Below are positions 10,493-20,283 of a stretch of 63,172 bases of DNA, in pieces (within the stretch, counting starts at the first letter, position 1; each line of letters starts with the position of its first letter). The position numbers and the translations under genes were made by a program. Source of the DNA: a virus (Duplodnaviria > Caudoviricetes); IMG/VR virus record IMGVR_UViG_3300009156_000028, positions 1 through 63,172 of that record; one strand, written 5' to 3'. The notes under the pieces are model-generated. The model saw only the letters and a list, made by a program, of their open reading frames with translations, was not told where the DNA came from and did not search any database.

Positions 10493-10839
10493 AGTCCTCT
10501 GGCGAGCGGCGGTACACGGTCTCCGTAGAACAGCACAACGGAAACAGCGTCAACGGGCAACTTACGTTAAACGTTGATGACGACTGGGTTGTGGTTGCCG
10601 GTATGGTCCAAGTCCCGGCGAGCCTTGAGGCGGTGATTGGCGGCGAGACTCAGCGCGGTATGAAGATGGAGGCAGGAGTCACCGGGGTCGTCACGGTCGT
10701 GAGTACGCCGCGGACTCAGAAGATCACTCCCAATATGCGGCTCCGGCTAGGAGACCGGAAGCTCAACGTGGTCAGCGCCTTCGATATGGAAGGACTAGAA
10801 CGGGAGATAGTGATTGGGGTTAAGGAGCTTACCAGCTAG
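10489..10839 (+). CDS. head closure/head-tail adaptor
   Basis: ITPNMRLRLGDRKLNV motif; position. Confidence 0.75.
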   Translation: MKSSGERRYTVSVEQHNGNSVNGQLTLNVDDDWVVVAGMVQVPASLEAVIGGETQRGMKMEAGVTGVVTVVSTPRTQKITPNMRLRLGDRKLNVVSAFDMEGLEREIVIGVKELTS

Positions 10840-11393
10840 TGGGATTCCTTAGCACAAACCGTCCGCAAGGCGCAACCCAGGTAGGGGTTCATGTCGATCA
10901 GCAAGCATTCGATGCGGCTGATTCCTTCCTAGCTCAGATTCCATTTGAGCTGAGAAACAAGGTAGTGGTTAGGGCTATCCGCGAGACCGGAAAGATTTAT
11001 CAAACCTATCTGACCGCGGAGCTAGAAGAGAAGCTCAACAGCGAGATGACTGGTTCGCGAGACAAACAAAGTAAGACTACCCAGGCTGGCCGTCCTGAAC
11101 ATCACTTACACCAAACAGTCATCGTCAAGATCGGAGCCTATTCCTCAATGGAAGTGGGCGTGGTCGGACCGGCTTGGCCTGCCGGTAACTTAGTGAACTT
11201 ATACGTCACGGCTTCCTCGCACCCTTCCTGGGGAAAGGAGCCGCGACATCCGAATCAGCCGATTGCCTTCGACATCGCGGCTCGTGTCGCCTTGTCTGCC
11301 GAAAGTTTCATTGCATCGAAGTTCACCGAAGAGATCAAGTCTGGAGTTGACCGCGAAGTCCGCCGCCTTGCTCGACAAAGGAACAAAAATTGA
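10839..11393 (+). CDS. neck protein (HK97 gp10-like position)
   Basis: Synteny between head closure and tail terminator. Confidence 0.55.
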   Translation: MGFLSTNRPQGATQVGVHVDQQAFDAADSFLAQIPFELRNKVVVRAIRETGKIYQTYLTAELEEKLNSEMTGSRDKQSKTTQAGRPEHHLHQTVIVKIGAYSSMEVGVVGPAWPAGNLVNLYVTASSHPSWGKEPRHPNQPIAFDIAARVALSAESFIASKFTEEIKSGVDREVRRLARQRNKN

Positions 11394-11803
11394 TAGCGGT
11401 CCGCGAAGCAATCCGACTTCATCTGTTGGCTACACCGCAGGTCGCGAACCTTACGCAGGTTATTCGGCCGGGAGTCCTCCAGCAGCTGGACAAGCCGCCT
11501 GCGATACTCGTCAAGGTCGTTGGTAATGTTCCGCAGGAATGGTTGAATGATGCGTCAAGGAATTTCAAGGCGCGAGTTGCGATCCAAGCCTACGGAGAGG
11601 ACGTATCGAAGGCGGACGTAATCGCGGAGCGGATACGGATTTATGCTCTTCACTCATTACTCAAGGGCAATATCCAAGGCTGCGACATCCGAGAGGTTAG
11701 CCTAGAGATAGGACCCTTTGAGCACGAAGATCAACCCAAGGACGGTAGTGACGATTGGATGCGTTCAGTCCGTCAGGACTTCTTAGTCATTTACAATACC
11801 TAG
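11390..11803 (+). CDS. tail terminator/completion protein (DUF3168-like)
   Basis: IRPGVLQQ..PAI, RVAIQAYG, QDFLVIY; position. Confidence 0.7.
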   Translation: MIAVREAIRLHLLATPQVANLTQVIRPGVLQQLDKPPAILVKVVGNVPQEWLNDASRNFKARVAIQAYGEDVSKADVIAERIRIYALHSLLKGNIQGCDIREVSLEIGPFEHEDQPKDGSDDWMRSVRQDFLVIYNT

Positions 11804-11812
11804 GAGACCACC

Positions 11813-12232
11813 ATGCCTGGTGACACTGGCGTAGGCGCAACACTGACTCTCTCCGGCGGCTTCTCCGCTTCGTACCGCGAAGTCGGTGCCGTGCGAGCCG
11901 GGATTGAGGACGTGGACAATAACACGCTCGATAACGCGAGCCCAAACCCGGCGAAGTTCTTGCCCGGCGACAACCCGGTCTATGAGGACATCGCCTGCGT
12001 AGTTCGTTATAACCCGACATCGACCCAGCCGGTCATCGGAGCGATTCAAACGATCACGATCACTCCGCCAAAGGAGAACACCGGCAGCGCCTCTCCCTGC
12101 AACATCGCCGGGAGCGGCTACGTGAAGTCATTTGACAAGATTCCGAATCTTCAGCGGAATCAACTCAACGTCGCCAACATGGTTCTCCGGTTTGACGGCA
12201 ACACCGGTCCCACGTTCACTCCGGAGTCCTAG
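11813..12232 (+). CDS. major tail (tube) protein
   Basis: AGGAG SD; G-ATL start, FLPGD, GSGYV, RFDG.TGPTF; position. Confidence 0.7.
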   Translation: MPGDTGVGATLTLSGGFSASYREVGAVRAGIEDVDNNTLDNASPNPAKFLPGDNPVYEDIACVVRYNPTSTQPVIGAIQTITITPPKENTGSASPCNIAGSGYVKSFDKIPNLQRNQLNVANMVLRFDGNTGPTFTPES

Positions 12233-12274
12233 CGCCTTAGGCTCCTTCCGCAACATCCTTTCTAGGAGACCATT

Positions 12275-12637
12275 ATGAGTTTCAAGGTTGAACTGAAGCC
12301 GCACCTAGGTCTGCTGCCCAACGGCCGGGCAATTGACCACAACCAGACCTTGGTGTACTGCGAAGGCAAGCAGGTCGGCATCTACTGCGGCCGGGACCGG
12401 GAGCCGGGCAAATACCTGTCGTTCATCAACGTCCTATTTGAAGTCGCCGCGGAGAAGGGAGTACCGGCCGGAGACATCGTCAAGGAAGTATTGGAGGCGA
12501 TGAAGGCGAAGGACATGGAGTGTTCTCGATACGACACGCCTCCAGCGCCGTTCGGAGAGCCGCTTGACGGCTATCTTGGCTCCACGGAGATTGTCGTGAG
12601 TAGCGAAGGAGTCTCCGGCGACGTTCCGATTCAATGA
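12275..12637 (+). CDS. hypothetical protein
   Basis: AGGAG SD; 120 aa. Confidence 0.6.
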   Translation: MSFKVELKPHLGLLPNGRAIDHNQTLVYCEGKQVGIYCGRDREPGKYLSFINVLFEVAAEKGVPAGDIVKEVLEAMKAKDMECSRYDTPPAPFGEPLDGYLGSTEIVVSSEGVSGDVPIQ

Positions 12638-12721
12638 TCATTACCGCTGATCTATCGAAATTTGCCGCTGGTCTCGCAAAGGCCAAGGCGCAGATCGACA
12701 AATTAAAACAGGAGATAGCTC

Positions 12722-13054
12722 GTGGCCGATATCGCAGCCCAGACAGTGGACCGCGCAGGACTCAACCCGACGTTCTCCAACTGCGCCGGCGGCGGAGATA
12801 AGTTTGTTAACACCGGGACTGAGTTTCTCTACCTCAAGAACGGTGACGTTGCGTCCAAGACCTTAAGCATGGTCATCCAGTCAACTCCGGATGGGCAGAC
12901 CGTCGCCGCCAAACAGGTCGTGGTTCCGGCCGGCGAGTTCCGAATCATCGGACCTTTCCCGCCGATGTACAACGATACGCAGAGCAAGGTCAACCTGACT
13001 TACAGCGCAGTGACCTCTCTTCAGGTCGCGGTTATGAAGCTCACGACCGCCTAA
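12722..13054 (+). CDS. putative virion structural protein
   Basis: GDKFVNTG..FLYLKNG, VPAGE..IGPFPP; beta-rich. Confidence 0.6.
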   Translation: MADIAAQTVDRAGLNPTFSNCAGGGDKFVNTGTEFLYLKNGDVASKTLSMVIQSTPDGQTVAAKQVVVPAGEFRIIGPFPPMYNDTQSKVNLTYSAVTSLQVAVMKLTTA

Positions 13055-13095
13055 TGCCTAACTTTTGGTTCATTCCCCTCTTCCGAAAGTCGCCA

Positions 13096-13518
13096 ATGTA
13101 CGCTGATCGCAATGACTTCCTAGCCCCAACCCGCCGATTCAAAGAGACGAGCCTTTGGAACGGCAAGAAAGTTCTCATACGCTCGTTGTTTGAATCCGAA
13201 TACAGCCAGATTGACGTTGAGAACATCGACGCAAACAAGGGCGGTCTCAGCCGGGACGGAATGCGGATGAGCAACTGTCGGCTCGTGCTCGCCGCGGTCT
13301 GCGGAGCGGACCCGTCAAGCGAGAACTTCCAGCAGCCGCTTTTCAAGCCGACTGATCTCAAGGGTCTCTTCGGAGCCGACACAATTGTCATCGAGCCTCT
13401 GGTGAAGGAGATTAGAGAACACTGCGGTCTCCGGCAGGAGATTGAGGAACTGCTAAAAAACTTCGGCGGAACGAGCGCAGAAGATTCGCCTTCTTCCTCT
13501 TCCGGTCAACAAGCCTAG
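13096..13518 (+). CDS. tail assembly chaperone (gpG-like)
   Basis: Upstream of tape measure; carries A AAA AAC slippery site near its 3' end. Confidence 0.75.
   Translation: MYADRNDFLAPTRRFKETSLWNGKKVLIRSLFESEYSQIDVENIDANKGGLSRDGMRMSNCRLVLAAVCGADPSSENFQQPLFKPTDLKGLFGADTIVIEPLVKEIREHCGLRQEIEELLKNFGGTSAEDSPSSSSGQQA
13455..13461 (+). other. -1 programmed ribosomal frameshift site (A AAA AAC)
   Basis: In-frame X XXY YYZ heptamer; the -1 frame is open from 13461 into ORF 13533-13799. Confidence 0.85.
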
Positions 13519-13799
13519 GCGCGAAGTACGGATTGGATGTTGACAAGTGGCTGAGCGAAATTCAGCCGCGACTACTTGACGAGTGGATTGCCTACCACAG
13601 GCTAGAGCCGTGGGGGGACGATTGGGAGCAAGCGGCTATGATAGCGGCGAAGATTCACAACACCAACGTCACGGACGAAAGCCGCCTAATTACGCCCCAA
13701 TCTCTAATTCCGAATGAAGACAACCGCGAGACTCTCAAAGAGCAGACGAGCGGGACGAGCCTAGCGGATGCCTGGAAGCAACGGTTAAGGAGTCGCTGA
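13461..13799 (+). CDS. tail assembly chaperone gpT portion (frameshift product G-T)
   Basis: -1 frame reads LRRNERRRFAFFLFRSTSLGAKYGLDVDKWL...EWIAYHRLEPWG. Confidence 0.75.
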   Translation, partial: LRRNERRRFAFFLFRSTSLGAKYGLDVDKWLSEIQPRLLDEWIAYHRLEPWGDDWEQAAMIAAKIHNTNVTDESRLITPQSLIPNEDNRETLKEQTSGTSLADAWKQRLRSR

Positions 13800-15616
13800 T
13801 GCCCACAGTAGGCACTCTTGCCTATCAGATCGTAGCGAACACTTCCAACTTCACGCAGGGTCTGACCGGCTCGCGGAAGGAGTTGAAGACACTCAAAGAT
13901 GCCTTCCTGTCTTCAATCACTCCAGCAGAGAAGTACGGAGCCGCGATTGCGCATCTGGAATCGCTCGCGGAGAAATTCCCCGACAAGGCAGCCGTCATTC
14001 AACGCTCTATCGCCCAGATGCGAGCGGAGATGACTCCGGCTTCTACAACGTCCAAGGTCTTGACGGACGTTCTAGGCCGGATGGGGATTGTTATTGACCC
14101 GGTATCCGCCGCCTTCCAAGCTCTCCACGTCGCGACCGGAGTTGCTCGCGCGGGTCTCCAGGCTGTTCACGATATTGCCGGCAAGGTTATGGAGTCGATG
14201 GAGAGGCTTGACGAGACCGCGAAGAAGGCGCGGCTGTTGGGCGTGGACCCGGCGCAGTTGATCGGTCTCCGAAGAGCAGCAGAGGACATCGCTGGAGTTG
14301 CTTCGGAAGGCTTTGACGCCGCCTTCAAAAAGTTCGGAGTCAACATCGGTACGGCTGCAATGACTGGTAAGGGTCCGGCGGCTGACGCTATGAAGAGGCT
14401 AGGTCTCTCCGCCAAAGAGCTTTCAGGCATGAGCTTGTTCGATGCCTTGATGAAGGTTGCTGATGCGATGGAGCAAGTGGAGAACGTCGATGAGAGGCTT
14501 GCTCTGTCTAAGGGTATCCTAGGCAAAGGCGGTGAAGAACTAGCCCCCATGCTCGCGGCCGGAAGAGAGGAGATTCAGAAGCTGGTAGCTGATCAACAGC
14601 ATCTGTCCCAAGCAGAGTTCATCGACTTCAAATCCATCGAAGAAGCCAACGACCAAATCGGCCGGTTCTCTACTTTGATCCAATCCATATTCGATCTGCT
14701 GGCTTCCGAGTTTGCGCCGCTCGTCAAGGATGTTTTCGGAGATATGACTGACGGTCTCTCTGATGCGAACAACCAAGGTAAGGGACTCCGCGATACAATC
14801 CAACTTATTGCCTTCACAACGGCGGCTCTAGTTGATGAAATTGAAGGCATCGCCGGAGCTACCAACAAACTAGGCAATTCAATTCCGGCCTGGATGAGAC
14901 CTTGGCTGCCTGGATTCAGGGAAGCCGATTTAGCTTCTGGCTTGAGCGGACTCGTTCAACCATCCGGCGCTGCCGGTACTCGGCTTGGCGGTATGACTCA
15001 GAATGCTCAAGACCGTCTCAACGGATTAAACAAAGACAAAGTCAAGACCGTTGGAGAGATTCAAAAGCAAGAGGACGCAAAGGAAGTCGCAAGAGAAGCC
15101 GCGAGAGCTAAGAGGCTCGCTGACGCGAAGGAGAGAGCGACGAAGGCAGACAAGGCGAAACATGATGCCTTGGACAAACGGAATCTTGAGGGACTCGCGG
15201 AAGGTCAGCGTCAAGCGGAAGAGATGCGCCGCAAACAAGAGGACGAGTTGTTTGGCGCGCAAGAGAAAGCCTTCATGGCCAGCAGGACTCCGGCCGAAAA
15301 ACTTCGGATGGACCTGGAAGAGTTGACATCGCTCCGTCGCCGCGGCGGAATGACTGACGAGACCTACCAACGCTCTCTGATGGCTCTCCGCGCGCAGGCT
15401 CGCGACATCGCTGACGTTGAGAAGGTAACTCCCCAATCTATCGGAGCGATTCGCGCCGGCTCTATCGAAGCTCTCCGCGCGGGTATGGAGAAGCCGGTCA
15501 CTGAGAAGCAACTTGAAGAAGCAAAGAAGCAGACCGAAGAGGCGAAGGAAGCTAACAAGCTCTTAACTGAGATCAACGCCAAGTTGGCAGCGCCGCCGAT
15601 CAAGGAAGCAGTCTGA
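13799..15616 (+). CDS. tape measure protein
   Basis: VGTLAYQIVANTSNF start; Ala/Leu-rich helical; after chaperones. Confidence 0.88.
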   Translation: MPTVGTLAYQIVANTSNFTQGLTGSRKELKTLKDAFLSSITPAEKYGAAIAHLESLAEKFPDKAAVIQRSIAQMRAEMTPASTTSKVLTDVLGRMGIVIDPVSAAFQALHVATGVARAGLQAVHDIAGKVMESMERLDETAKKARLLGVDPAQLIGLRRAAEDIAGVASEGFDAAFKKFGVNIGTAAMTGKGPAADAMKRLGLSAKELSGMSLFDALMKVADAMEQVENVDERLALSKGILGKGGEELAPMLAAGREEIQKLVADQQHLSQAEFIDFKSIEEANDQIGRFSTLIQSIFDLLASEFAPLVKDVFGDMTDGLSDANNQGKGLRDTIQLIAFTTAALVDEIEGIAGATNKLGNSIPAWMRPWLPGFREADLASGLSGLVQPSGAAGTRLGGMTQNAQDRLNGLNKDKVKTVGEIQKQEDAKEVAREAARAKRLADAKERATKADKAKHDALDKRNLEGLAEGQRQAEEMRRKQEDELFGAQEKAFMASRTPAEKLRMDLEELTSLRRRGGMTDETYQRSLMALRAQARDIADVEKVTPQSIGAIRAGSIEALRAGMEKPVTEKQLEEAKKQTEEAKEANKLLTEINAKLAAPPIKEAV

Positions 15617-16503
15617 TGACTTGGATTATCGGACGCGAGCCGGGATATCCGCAGACCACTCAGGTTGCGGACCTTAGCACCGGTCGCGTGACGACAACTA
15701 CAGAGGATCGTTACAAGGTTGAGACGCCAGGACAGGAGATAGTTCTGTCGGAGACTATCCTGAATGGACTTCCTTCGTCATTAGCTCTCGGAAGCCGGCT
15801 AGGCTCCTGCGGTCTAAAATCGCGGACCGCGGTAAGAAACGATAGCAACCGAACCCTATGGCACTTGAGTCTCAGCTACTCTTCCGAGATGGACGAGCAG
15901 ACGAGCCAAGACCAGACTCAGCCGCCGGATATGCGCCGGGTCAAGTACAATTGGGACTTTGAAACCCGCGACATACTCTTCACCAAGGATGTTGTGACCG
16001 GCGACGCAGTTGCCAACTCTGTAGGCGAGCCGTTTGAACTCACTACGGAGTACGTGATTGCGATCCTTAACATCAACACATACCGCCGTACATTCTCACC
16101 CAACACCATACTGAATTTTACCAACCGGACGAATCAGAATGCGTTTTGGGGATTCCCGGCTAAGTCAGCCGCCATCGCCGGTATCCGAGACTCTGAGGAC
16201 GCAGCTGAGGTCTGGCAAGGGGCGCGGTTCCGCCAGGTCCAATACGTCGTCAAGTTCATGATTCCTAACATCCCAGACGTGATAGAGGGATGGAAGGAGA
16301 TTATCATGAACCGCGGCTCCTTCTATCGGGAAGGCGGAGTGGACAAGCCTTTCACCGCCCAAGGCTCGCGGATTATCGGCAAGCTGGATGCAGCAGGCGG
16401 TAAACTAGCAGCCGGCGCTCAACCTGTATTCCTGAAATTCAACCGGCTCGTAACCGCGGACTTCAGAGACCTAGGTATTGATATTGACCAACTCCGTCTA
16501 TAG
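15616..16503 (+). CDS. putative tail tip/distal tail protein
   Basis: Directly after tape measure; NSVGEPF, FWGFPA. Confidence 0.55.
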   Translation: MTWIIGREPGYPQTTQVADLSTGRVTTTTEDRYKVETPGQEIVLSETILNGLPSSLALGSRLGSCGLKSRTAVRNDSNRTLWHLSLSYSSEMDEQTSQDQTQPPDMRRVKYNWDFETRDILFTKDVVTGDAVANSVGEPFELTTEYVIAILNINTYRRTFSPNTILNFTNRTNQNAFWGFPAKSAAIAGIRDSEDAAEVWQGARFRQVQYVVKFMIPNIPDVIEGWKEIIMNRGSFYREGGVDKPFTAQGSRIIGKLDAAGGKLAAGAQPVFLKFNRLVTADFRDLGIDIDQLRL

Positions 16504-16513
16504 GAACTGACAA

Positions 16514-17146
16514 ATGGATACCATGGCTATCCCGTCCAACGTAGATATTCAAGGTGACGCGATTATCCGCGGTGCTCTACTTCCGCCGCGGACCCGGAGC
16601 GAGATACAGCAGGATAACAACGCGGTCTATGACATTCCGTTCAGCGAATGGAAAATATTCGATGCCTTCGCTACGGACCTAGCGGCCACTGCCCTTTCGG
16701 ACGATGACTTGGCGTTGGTCGGCGGCGTCCACGGCACTGACGCTCCGTCCATCCAGACCCTTGACGTGAAGAACGTTACCAAAACCCGCAAGGCGCGAGC
16801 GACGTTCACCCTTCCCCCAGAGTACGTTGCTGGTGAGAGTGTAACACTAAGATTCTCCGCCGGTATGAAGACAACGGTTGCTTCGGTCTCGGCTACGTTG
16901 GACGTGGAAGTATTCAAAAGCGCGAAGAACACGCTCAAGACTGGGACTGACTTGTATACTGGAGCCGCGGTCACCATTAACAGCCTGGTGTTCGCTGACA
17001 AGGACTTCTCTCTGGTCGTCACAACTCTCAGTCCAGGCGACGTCATCGACATCCTAGTCATTATCGCAACCAATGACTCCGCGACCGCCACGGCAGTCAT
17101 CGGCTGTCTCGGCTCTACTCAAGTTCTCTGCGACATCAAGGGATAG
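16514..17146 (+). CDS. putative tail structural protein
   Basis: Thr/Val-rich beta protein in tail module. Confidence 0.5.
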   Translation: MDTMAIPSNVDIQGDAIIRGALLPPRTRSEIQQDNNAVYDIPFSEWKIFDAFATDLAATALSDDDLALVGGVHGTDAPSIQTLDVKNVTKTRKARATFTLPPEYVAGESVTLRFSAGMKTTVASVSATLDVEVFKSAKNTLKTGTDLYTGAAVTINSLVFADKDFSLVVTTLSPGDVIDILVIIATNDSATATAVIGCLGSTQVLCDIKG

Positions 17147-17150
17147 GCTC

Positions 17151-17786
17151 GTGGCTGGTCCTCTGTACGGATTCAACCGGGATAACGCAAGCCGGCTTCT
17201 CCGCCTCGCGCGAGCGGATGCTGCTCAGTCAAAGCAGCGCGGACTGAGAGGACTGCTATCAGCTGGCGGTCTCGCGGATACGCTTCCGTTTTCCCTCAGC
17301 CTGCCGATAGAGTTTGTCCAGGTCTGGAAAACAAGCGGTTCTCCAACCATCGGAGATATCCTAGCGCCCGATGCAAGCGGCTACCATCCCGGCCGGGTCC
17401 GTCGCCGGGTTGAAGGAGTGATGACCACGATTGGAGATGCGGTCAAGGTCCGGTTCGCGGACTTCCATGACGACGACTTGGGACAAGTATTTGCGACTCA
17501 CGGCAAGTATTATCCGTGCGTCCTTATCGAAGGCGGAGAGGGTACCCCGGTTCCTGACACTGTATATCTTGCTCTCAATGGAGACACGCAATACATCGTC
17601 AAGAGAACGACCAACCTGGCCAAAGGCTCCTCTGGAACATTTGATCTGTATCATCGCTCAACCGAAGCTGATTCGACCTTCGATCTAACCAACGTCAAGG
17701 CACTGGGAGTCGCCTATACCGCGAACAAGTGGGCGACGGCTAACCGGTTCGGACCGTTCTGGTACGTTGGTTGCTGGGAGACCTAA
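17151..17786 (+). CDS. putative tail protein
   Basis: GTG start after the previous stop; in tail operon. Confidence 0.5.
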   Translation: MAGPLYGFNRDNASRLLRLARADAAQSKQRGLRGLLSAGGLADTLPFSLSLPIEFVQVWKTSGSPTIGDILAPDASGYHPGRVRRRVEGVMTTIGDAVKVRFADFHDDDLGQVFATHGKYYPCVLIEGGEGTPVPDTVYLALNGDTQYIVKRTTNLAKGSSGTFDLYHRSTEADSTFDLTNVKALGVAYTANKWATANRFGPFWYVGCWET

Positions 17787-18499
17787 TGAGCCTTTGGATG
17801 GGCTGCTGTGTTGACCCTTGCTCGTGTGGGCCGTGCGAAGGCGCTCCTAGCGGCAATTACGGTCCAGATGATTTCAGTTCACTCGATGGCGGCTGGACCA
17901 ATGTTCACGGCTCCGCTTCGGCAGTCAGTGGTCGGCTACAATCCACCAGCAACAGTTGCACCGTAGCGAGAGTGCATGAGGTTCCTGGTCAGGGTGTTCT
18001 GCCATCGGGTACGATCCTCAAATTGAAGGCGAAGATTTATTTCAACGACAAGGTTGCTACAATCGCCATTGGCTATGGGATTGACGGCAGTGCGGACGCT
18101 CTTGGCATCCCCCACGATTGCGTCCATCCTCCATCGCCAGAGGAGATTGCCGGCGGTCCTTGCCCGTTCATAAGACTGATGGCCAGACCGCTTGGTGGTG
18201 GTGCCGGCGCGAACTACCGAGTTTCATTCGGTGATGCCACAGACGAGCATAACAACGCGACGGTCCCGGCTACCGGCGATAGTCTAGAAATTCGATTCAC
18301 GCTCACTGAAGATATGTGTCTTGGTACGGCGGATGGGGATTTTGATTTCTTGGTTAATGACTCGTCAATCTATACACTAAGTAGCAATCTGGTTTTGCCC
18401 TGTCCGTGCTTCAATATGGGCGTGACTCACTCGCGCAATGCCGCGGGTTCGCTAGTTGCCGAGTGGGATGACTTTCAATTTGAGATTATCCCGCCATGA
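17786..18499 (+). CDS. Cys-rich putative tail/lectin-like protein
   Basis: TAATG coupling; N-terminal GCCVDPCSCGPC. Confidence 0.5.
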   Translation: MSLWMGCCVDPCSCGPCEGAPSGNYGPDDFSSLDGGWTNVHGSASAVSGRLQSTSNSCTVARVHEVPGQGVLPSGTILKLKAKIYFNDKVATIAIGYGIDGSADALGIPHDCVHPPSPEEIAGGPCPFIRLMARPLGGGAGANYRVSFGDATDEHNNATVPATGDSLEIRFTLTEDMCLGTADGDFDFLVNDSSIYTLSSNLVLPCPCFNMGVTHSRNAAGSLVAEWDDFQFEIIPP

Positions 18500-18732
18500 T
18501 GTTCGACTCTGAAGGTCGCGGATATCTGCCTTGCGAGCCGGTGCGCTACTGCCGCCACATCGGTGAACTACTGCGGTTGGAGAAATGCCCGGCATGCTCC
18601 GGCAACGTGCGGCTTAAGGTATTCACTTGTCAGGTTCATAACGAATGCACGCAATTTACGACTGTCGGTGAAATCGCGTGCTGCCGCGTCTGTCCGGACC
18701 TTACGCTGCGTGAAGAGGTAGGCGATACCTAA
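18496..18732 (+). CDS. small Cys-rich protein
   Basis: CRH, CPAC, C.VH.EC, CCRVC in 78 aa. Confidence 0.6.
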   Translation: MMFDSEGRGYLPCEPVRYCRHIGELLRLEKCPACSGNVRLKVFTCQVHNECTQFTTVGEIACCRVCPDLTLREEVGDT

Positions 18733-19055
18733 TTGATCAGTTGGCTATCTAAAGCTATGACTCGCAACTGGAGGGAGCCGCCTTCCAACTGATATTCCGC
18801 TTCCCAAGAACGGACTCCGTGAGGGGAGCCTTGAAGGTAGCCGCTCGCCTTCCATTTGTCCTCTGCGTATCGTCGGACGTGAATGACGTGAAATTCCCAG
18901 TTGTCGCTCTCCGATCCTAGATGCTGGATCAAGGCTTCCCGCGCGAGCGCGACGGCTTCCGCCTCTGTCTCTAGATCGGACCGGACCGGAGCCGCGGGAC
19001 GAGCGCAGCCGAGAGTGAGAGCGGCCAAGGCGAGCGTAAAGGCTAGGCGAAGCAT
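18729..19055 (-). CDS. predicted lipoprotein
   Basis: Signal peptide with lipobox-like LTLGC; GGAG SD. Confidence 0.65.
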   Translation of the reverse strand: MLRLAFTLALAALTLGCARPAAPVRSDLETEAEAVALAREALIQHLGSESDNWEFHVIHVRRYAEDKWKASGYLQGSPHGVRSWEAEYQLEGGSLQLRVIALDSQLIN

Positions 19056-19199
19056 AGGGGTTCTCCAGGGGTCCCCTACCTATTCGCTCGCCGGACCGGA
19101 AGATTGCCTAGGCTTGCCTAGGATTGCCGCGGCGCTGTCCCGGCTGCCGGGTCTGGGTAGGAACCCAAGCCGGTTCTCTACCCCCATTTCCTGCTTGCC

Positions 19200-19424
19200 C
19201 TAGAGTGGCTTACCGTGTCGGTCGATTTGCGGGACGAGTACCACGGCTGCGTACTGCGAGACCGGACCGGCGGCTAGAGACTGCGCGTGTAGGTCGGTGA
19301 ATACCGCTCCGTTCATATTCATCCGACCCCTTAAGCTCTCCGGCTCGCAAAGGTAGGCGGTCTCGCCGCGGATGAAGCGGACTAGGGGTTGAGGTTCGTT
19401 TCCAACGAAGCAAAATGCCCACAT
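19200..19424 (-). CDS. hypothetical protein
   Basis: AGGAG SD; 74 aa. Confidence 0.5.
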   Translation of the reverse strand: MWAFCFVGNEPQPLVRFIRGETAYLCEPESLRGRMNMNGAVFTDLHAQSLAAGPVSQYAAVVLVPQIDRHGKPL

Positions 19425-19436
19425 GTCTGACTTCTC

Positions 19437-19601
19437 CTAAAGAATTTCAATGCGTCCAAACTCATTAACGAAGGCGGAAGGCTCGTCATCATCCTCTCTG
19501 GCGTCAGTATCCTCTCTGACTTGCTCTTCCAACTCCCAGGCCAGACTCCGATCCTCTGGCGGAAGTTCTTCCGGGTCAGGTACGAACGGGTTGTGCGACA
19601 T
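19437..19601 (-). CDS. small acidic hypothetical protein (not in ORF track)
   Basis: Read by hand: MSHNPFVPDPEELPPEDRSLAWELEEQVREDTDAREDDDEPSAFVNEFGRIEIL; GGAG upstream. Confidence 0.5.
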   Translation of the reverse strand: MSHNPFVPDPEELPPEDRSLAWELEEQVREDTDAREDDDEPSAFVNEFGRIEIL

Positions 19602-19869
19602 CTAAGGTCTCCGGTTGAACAAACTCAACAATGAATGGTGAGAACGAAACTAGCAGCTGAAGGCTCCGAAGGTAGAGCCGGATGCCTTCAACGCGATAGA
19701 ACCGCGGCGGTAGAACCTCTCGCCGGGAGTAGTCATAGAATTCACGAAGCTCCGCCGGGAAGTCCACTTGTAAGACTTTAGTGAGTTGTAGTTGTAGCTC
19801 GCTCATCTTCTTATCTTCTTCAGTAATGTCCGGAAAGCGGACGAGCCTACCGTTGAGGTAGTGTAGCAT
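19576..19869 (-). CDS. hypothetical protein
   Basis: 97 aa in leftward operon. Confidence 0.5.
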   Translation of the reverse strand: MLHYLNGRLVRFPDITEEDKKMSELQLQLTKVLQVDFPAELREFYDYSRREVLPPRFYRVEGIRLYLRSLQLLVSFSPFIVEFVQPETLDVAQPVRT

Positions 19870-20281
19870 GGCTCATAATCTCCTGAACGGGATTTTGACG
19901 GGACAGATCGACTCCGTGAGCTGCGAAGAACCGCGCCCACGGCTTGACGACGTATTCGTGAAACCAGAAGCCACGGTACCAAGCGTAAGCGAGAGGCTCC
20001 GTCTGTTCTTGACCCGGATAAGCCGGACCGTAGGGACAGCGATTGACCGCGGCAAAGCCGTAGGTCTGGGCAGCATAGTAGCCTTCCGCCGCCGTCCACT
20101 TGATCTTCGCCGGAGTGATCGACGGGTCCAACGGCTCCGGATGAACGATGCGCGCCGGCGGAGCCGTAGTCCAACGCGCAATCGTCTCTTGAGCGAACCC
20201 GTTGTGAGCTAGGAACTGACGACGGTTGACGGTGTTGTCCGTCCACTGTAGGAGCTTCTTCCTGAATTTGTGACGAGTCAT
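19847..20281 (-). CDS. hypothetical protein (NRCPY...AWYRGF, Rmf-like motif)
   Basis: Probable start MTRHKF with GGAG SD. Confidence 0.5.
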   Translation of the reverse strand: MTRHKFRKKLLQWTDNTVNRRQFLAHNGFAQETIARWTTAPPARIVHPEPLDPSITPAKIKWTAAEGYYAAQTYGFAAVNRCPYGPAYPGQEQTEPLAYAWYRGFWFHEYVVKPWARFFAAHGVDLSRQNPVQEIMSHATLPQR

Positions 20282-20283
20282 TT

